A stretch of DNA of 61,064 bases, filler included, from Bipalium vagum (lineage: Eukaryota): assembly GCA_037834085.1 (NCBI GenBank). It is 3 parts of 3 records of this genome, joined end to end, with 100 filler letters (N's around TTAATTAATTAA, not from the genome) between each part and the next. Parts side by side here need not be neighbours in the genome. Positions count along the whole stretch, not along the records: positions 22,852 to 39,999 come from JBBMKC010076586.1; positions 40,100 to 61,064 come from JBBMKC010243926.1; 1 more part is not named here. One strand, given 5' to 3'. The notes under the pieces are model-generated. The model was not told the origin of the DNA. It was given only the letters and a program-made list of their open reading frames with translations, and did no database searches. A program made the position numbers and the translations under genes. Each line of letters begins with the position of its first letter. The first letter of the stretch is position 1. Below, in pieces: positions 36,653 through 61,064 of the stretch.

Positions 36653-38483
36653 CTAAAACCATTCATGCGTCAAATCTTTCATTGTGTTATAACAAAAAAG
36701 TGGAGTTGAAATTGAATAAAGAATATAGAGAAAATAATGAGAAAAAGTAATGAATAACAATTTAAATAAAATAATCATTTGTAGAAAAGAAACTTGTAAT
36801 AAAATAATAAAACACCTTGAATTAAATTATATCATTTTATTATATTATTATATTTTTTTAAATGAAGAATTTTTATTGCAAAATAATAAAAATAAATAAT
36901 ACAAAATTCATTGATTTAACTGTTGAATTAATGATTTTCGTTTCCGGAAAATATTATTAAAAAGTGTACAANNNNNNNNNNNNNNNNNNNNNNNNNNNNN
37001 NNNNNNNNNNNNNNNNNNNNNNNNNNNNNNNNNNNNNNNNNNNNNNNNNNNNNNNNNNNNNNNNNNNNNNNNNNNNNNNNNNNNNNNNNNNNNNNNNNNN
37101 NNNNNAGTTAACAAACAAACTGAAAAAAATAATTCTAAATAATTATCTAAATAGGTTTTTTAGATAAAATATACAATTGGGAATACAAAATATAATAGCT
37201 TTCTACAATATTTATTTTTTTTATTAATAAAAAAATTAATTTGATCAATTTGAGATAAGAAAAATTATTATTATAATAATTTTATAATTAAAAATAAATC
37301 ACTAACATTAAAAAATATTCTGATTAAATTTAAGAATATTATATCAAAATAAAATAAATAATATTAAATAAAATGAAACATAAAATATAAATATATATAT
37401 ATGTATATAAATTAATAAATAAAATAAACAATGAAAAAGACAGAAAATATTATTCTAATTTAACGAAGATTATTATTACTTGAAACAGTCCATATTTAAA
37501 AATTTATGAAATTTTTTTTACACAATTTTTAACATTGAAAATCCAAACTTGTTCGTCAGAAAAGTGCCAGAATTCTCGAAAAAGGTTTTTTTTGAAAACG
37601 GTCTGATGATAATCATTTTCCGTTTTGTCTTCATATTAATGAGTCCAGGCATGAAGCGGAGAATGGAAAATGCCGGGACAACCAAGTCCAAAGAAAATCT
37701 GGTCATTAATGTTACAAAAGGTTGCATGTATGCTTTCTATCTTTTCTTTGGAAATTCGTTATCATTATTATTTTTGGCATTGTTGGTGCAAGGATGTAAT
37801 TAGGATTTATTTGTAATTAATTACAAATTAATTTAAGGTCGATTTGGAATTAATTCACAGTTAATTTAGGAAAAGTAAAACTGTAAATGAGTTTTTTAAA
37901 AGAATTTAACTAGAGGTCCTACATTTTATTTTAGATATTCAAATTAATAACGTTTTTAAATTAAAGTTTTTTTTAATATCAAATTGTTTATTTATTGATC
38001 AGACAACTGATAGATTACTGCCAATAATATATAAAGCTCTTTCAACAATTTTAATAGGTAAAATAATCAATATCGAAAACGGTGATAACCTGACAATCGC
38101 TAACATGTGTCCTCCGATCAATTCTCAATACAATTCAGTCTCTAAGCGAATCCAATGAATTTGAGAAAAAAAAAGAAGTACACTGACAATAAAATGAGTT
38201 CTGCAATTTTTTCTTTTTCTGTATGTGTAAAAATTCATCTCACAACAAATACCGGATTAAGTCTCAGAACATTTTAATGTAAAAGTATCGAAATTATTCC
38301 GAAATGATCTGAACTAATTCCTCTGTTTCAAAAGGAAATTTTGCTCATAATGAAATCCTCGTTACAAGGATAGTTTTAAATAAAAATTAATTTGGATTAT
38401 GATTGACGGAATATCTATTTGAGGACTACCAACAATTTATCGGATTACATATTTTGTGCGTAAAATTCTGTTATTTGATTATA

Positions 38484-39197
38484 TTGGGTTGTCTAAAAGG
38501 TTTCCGCCGATAGGCAGCAAAGAACTTCTAAAAATATTTATATTTTATTTGTTTAAATATGTCAATTATGTAAATTAATAATCACGGATTTCAAATTTCT
38601 TAAATAAGTTTGGCATTTTATTAATAAATAAAAATCTATTTATATTTAGAAATTAACATAAGCAAAGAATAAATTCGATACCTTATGAAATTTTATTTCA
38701 TTAAAGGTAAAAATGCAACGCAGACTACGTATAAAAAAAGTTCGGTTTATGGTGCAGACGCCGTATCTGATAGAAAGGTCTTTGAATTGTTTCATCGATT
38801 TTGCTCTGTTAATTTCAACGTCAAAAACGCATCTCTTTCTTCCGGCTAACATGTCAAAAAGTCGATCGAATTATTCAAAAGGTCGAGGAAGACATATTGA
38901 CAGCCGTAAAATCGTAAAAGACCTTGAGAAATCTTGTTGCATCCTCCGTATATTCCTGATGTTGCACCATCAGACTAACATTTGTTTCGTTCACTTCAGA
39001 ACTCGCCTGATAGTGTAAAATTGAATTCAAAGTAGGACACCAAAAACAACTTATCCAGTTTTTCAGGGAAAAAAGCAGATAGGTTCTACAGTGATGGAAT
39101 TCTAGCTTTACCAAAGAAATGGCAAGATATTGTCGATAAAGATGGTGCACATGTAGTTTAATTTTGAAATTGTCATATTGCTAAAATCGGTGGAACA
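38484..39197 (+). mobile_element. Internally deleted mariner
   Basis: TIR TTGGGTTGTCTAAAAGGTTTCC; N-terminal HTH fragments and C-terminal FYSDGILALPKKWQDIVDKDGAH; partial right TIR. Confidence 0.8.
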
Positions 39198-39923
39198 ATT
39201 CAATATTATCTTGCTTTCATCAATTCATTTTTATTATTATTTTCTCATATTCCTTTTACATTATTCCTGGTTTTATTTATTCAGCCAGCCAATAAAAAAT
39301 TGTTTCCGTTTTCTTTCATCTTCTTTTATTAGGTTATGACATAACTTTTTCTTAATTTTGAATGATATATATTTATTAGCAATAAAACATTTTGTTTATA
39401 AGTAATGATGAAAAATCAATCGATAATGTTCAGGATTATTGTTTATTAATCCTTTATTCCGGTAATAGATAGATCTACTGAGAAAGAAATTAGTCAAACA
39501 ACGTTTTTTCCAAAGAAAAAATACTTTAACATAAAAATCCATATTGTAATTTAATTAAAAAAAATTCACCGACCTATTTTCTAAAAGATGAAATAACTTT
39601 TTATATTTAAATTTTACAAAATAATTAATATTTTATTAAAACTTGTCATTTATTTTTTTAAAAACCTGTTTTACTGTTTAATTTTTTATTCTTGTTAACT
39701 GAAAGTTTGTTGTCATAAAAATATGTTATGAATTTTATCCTATCAATATTTTATTAAGACTGGAACAGCGAGAGTTGTCTTCACGGAGCCTTATAAAACT
39801 ACCAGCAGGTTGCAGAAATGAAATGAAAAAATGTTTTTCATTTAAATTAAATAAATATTTATTTTGTAAATAATTCATAATTAATCTAATATTTTGACTG
39901 CATTTTTAATTTTCTTAAAAGTA

Positions 39924-39999
39924 TAATAAATAATAAATAATAAATAATAAATAGTAAATAATAAATAATAAATAATAAATAATAAATAATAAATAATAA
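39924..39999. repeat. (AAATAAT)n heptamer tandem repeat at contig end
   Basis: Direct tandem units running into the N gap. Confidence 0.9.
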
Positions 40000-40099
40000 N
40001 NNNNNNNNNNNNNNNNNNNNNNNNNNNNNNNNNNNNNNNNNNNTTAATTAATTAANNNNNNNNNNNNNNNNNNNNNNNNNNNNNNNNNNNNNNNNNNNN
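40000..40099. other. Artificial contig spacer (N44-TTAATTAATTAA-N44)
   Basis: Linker at 40044-40055; 100 nt total. Confidence 0.95.
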
Positions 40100-40275
40100 A
40101 ATAATTTAAAAACAATTAATAAATACTTTTTTATTTCCATTATCATCTTAACCTAATTTAAATTTATATAATTTGACCAGTTAAATATATTTAACCTTTT
40201 CTGTAACGTCACACTGTATTTTTAATATAGACTGAAAATTAATATATTATCTTTTAATGATATTGATCATTCCAG

Positions 40276-60633
<20,358 letters not shown>

Positions 60634-60990
60634 GCAGTGAATGATTTGTTTTTTTAGTTTTTTAAATGAATTATTTTTAATTTTCTTACTTTATGTAAAT
60701 TGACGATATTTTAGTATTGCTTCACGCTAATGTGACATTAAAACCTTACTAATATAAAATTTACTAACAATGACTTTTTTAAAAAGAAAGACGAAGATTA
60801 TAATATAATTTAGTTAATGATTACATTATGTTAAGCATATTTTTAATTTATAATTGAAATTTTAAAAAAATAAAATTCACTTAATTAAAATGATATATTT
60901 TTCTTTATGATTTTTTTCAACATAATGTGTTTATTATTCTCTTAAACTTTATTACAACTATTTAACAGATTAAACAACAAAATGCAAATT

Positions 60991-60992
<2 letters not shown>

Positions 60993-61064
<72 letters not shown>
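60993..61064. repeat. (ATT)n microsatellite
   Basis: Direct trinucleotide run; similar runs at ~43135-43177, ~43546-43580, ~44983-45030, ~48591-48624. Confidence 0.95.

Noticed and set aside
37518-37803. Overlapping 69-aa and 84-aa ORFs upstream of the GPCR exon
   Set aside because: No GPCR or ABCC motifs; could be UTR or an unassigned exon.
38025-38095. IYKALSTILIGKIINIENGD frame resembling the missing ABCC exon
   Set aside because: Similarity weak, spacing wrong, no convincing splice sites or continuation.

Overview
Very AT-rich, intron-rich animal genomic DNA. The short ~45-60 nt introns and heavy mariner load are compatible with a flatworm such as a planarian, but the taxon is not provable here. 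Two artificial 100-nt spacers (N44-TTAATTAATTAA-N44 at 22752-22851 and 40000-40099) split the window into three probably unlinked contigs. Contig 1 (1-22751): decayed Polinton/Maverick-like remnants (pPolB, adenain-type protease, possible capsid), mariner elements and MITEs, a spliced and rather divergent RPLP0 gene, two intronless paralogous C3HC3D RING E3-ligase genes separated by a mariner, and two unexplained GC-richer, potentially structured islands near 21 kb. Contig 2 (22852-39999): the 5' part of an MRP1/ABCC-type transporter gene, a TE graveyard, and the last coding exon of a neuropeptide-type GPCR on the minus strand. Contig 3 (40100-61064): the 3' half of an L-type (Cav1) calcium channel alpha1 gene. 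The most notable observation is a pair of same-length (116 nt), same-phase duplicated exons in Cav1 encoding the domain IV post-pore loop and the first half of IVS6. They look mutually exclusive, change drug-binding residues, and are followed by shared intronic motifs with candidate base-pairing to splice sites. A tRNA-Ala-like element with a broken anticodon arm lies in the intron just upstream. All calls come from manual reading and translation; no searches were run.
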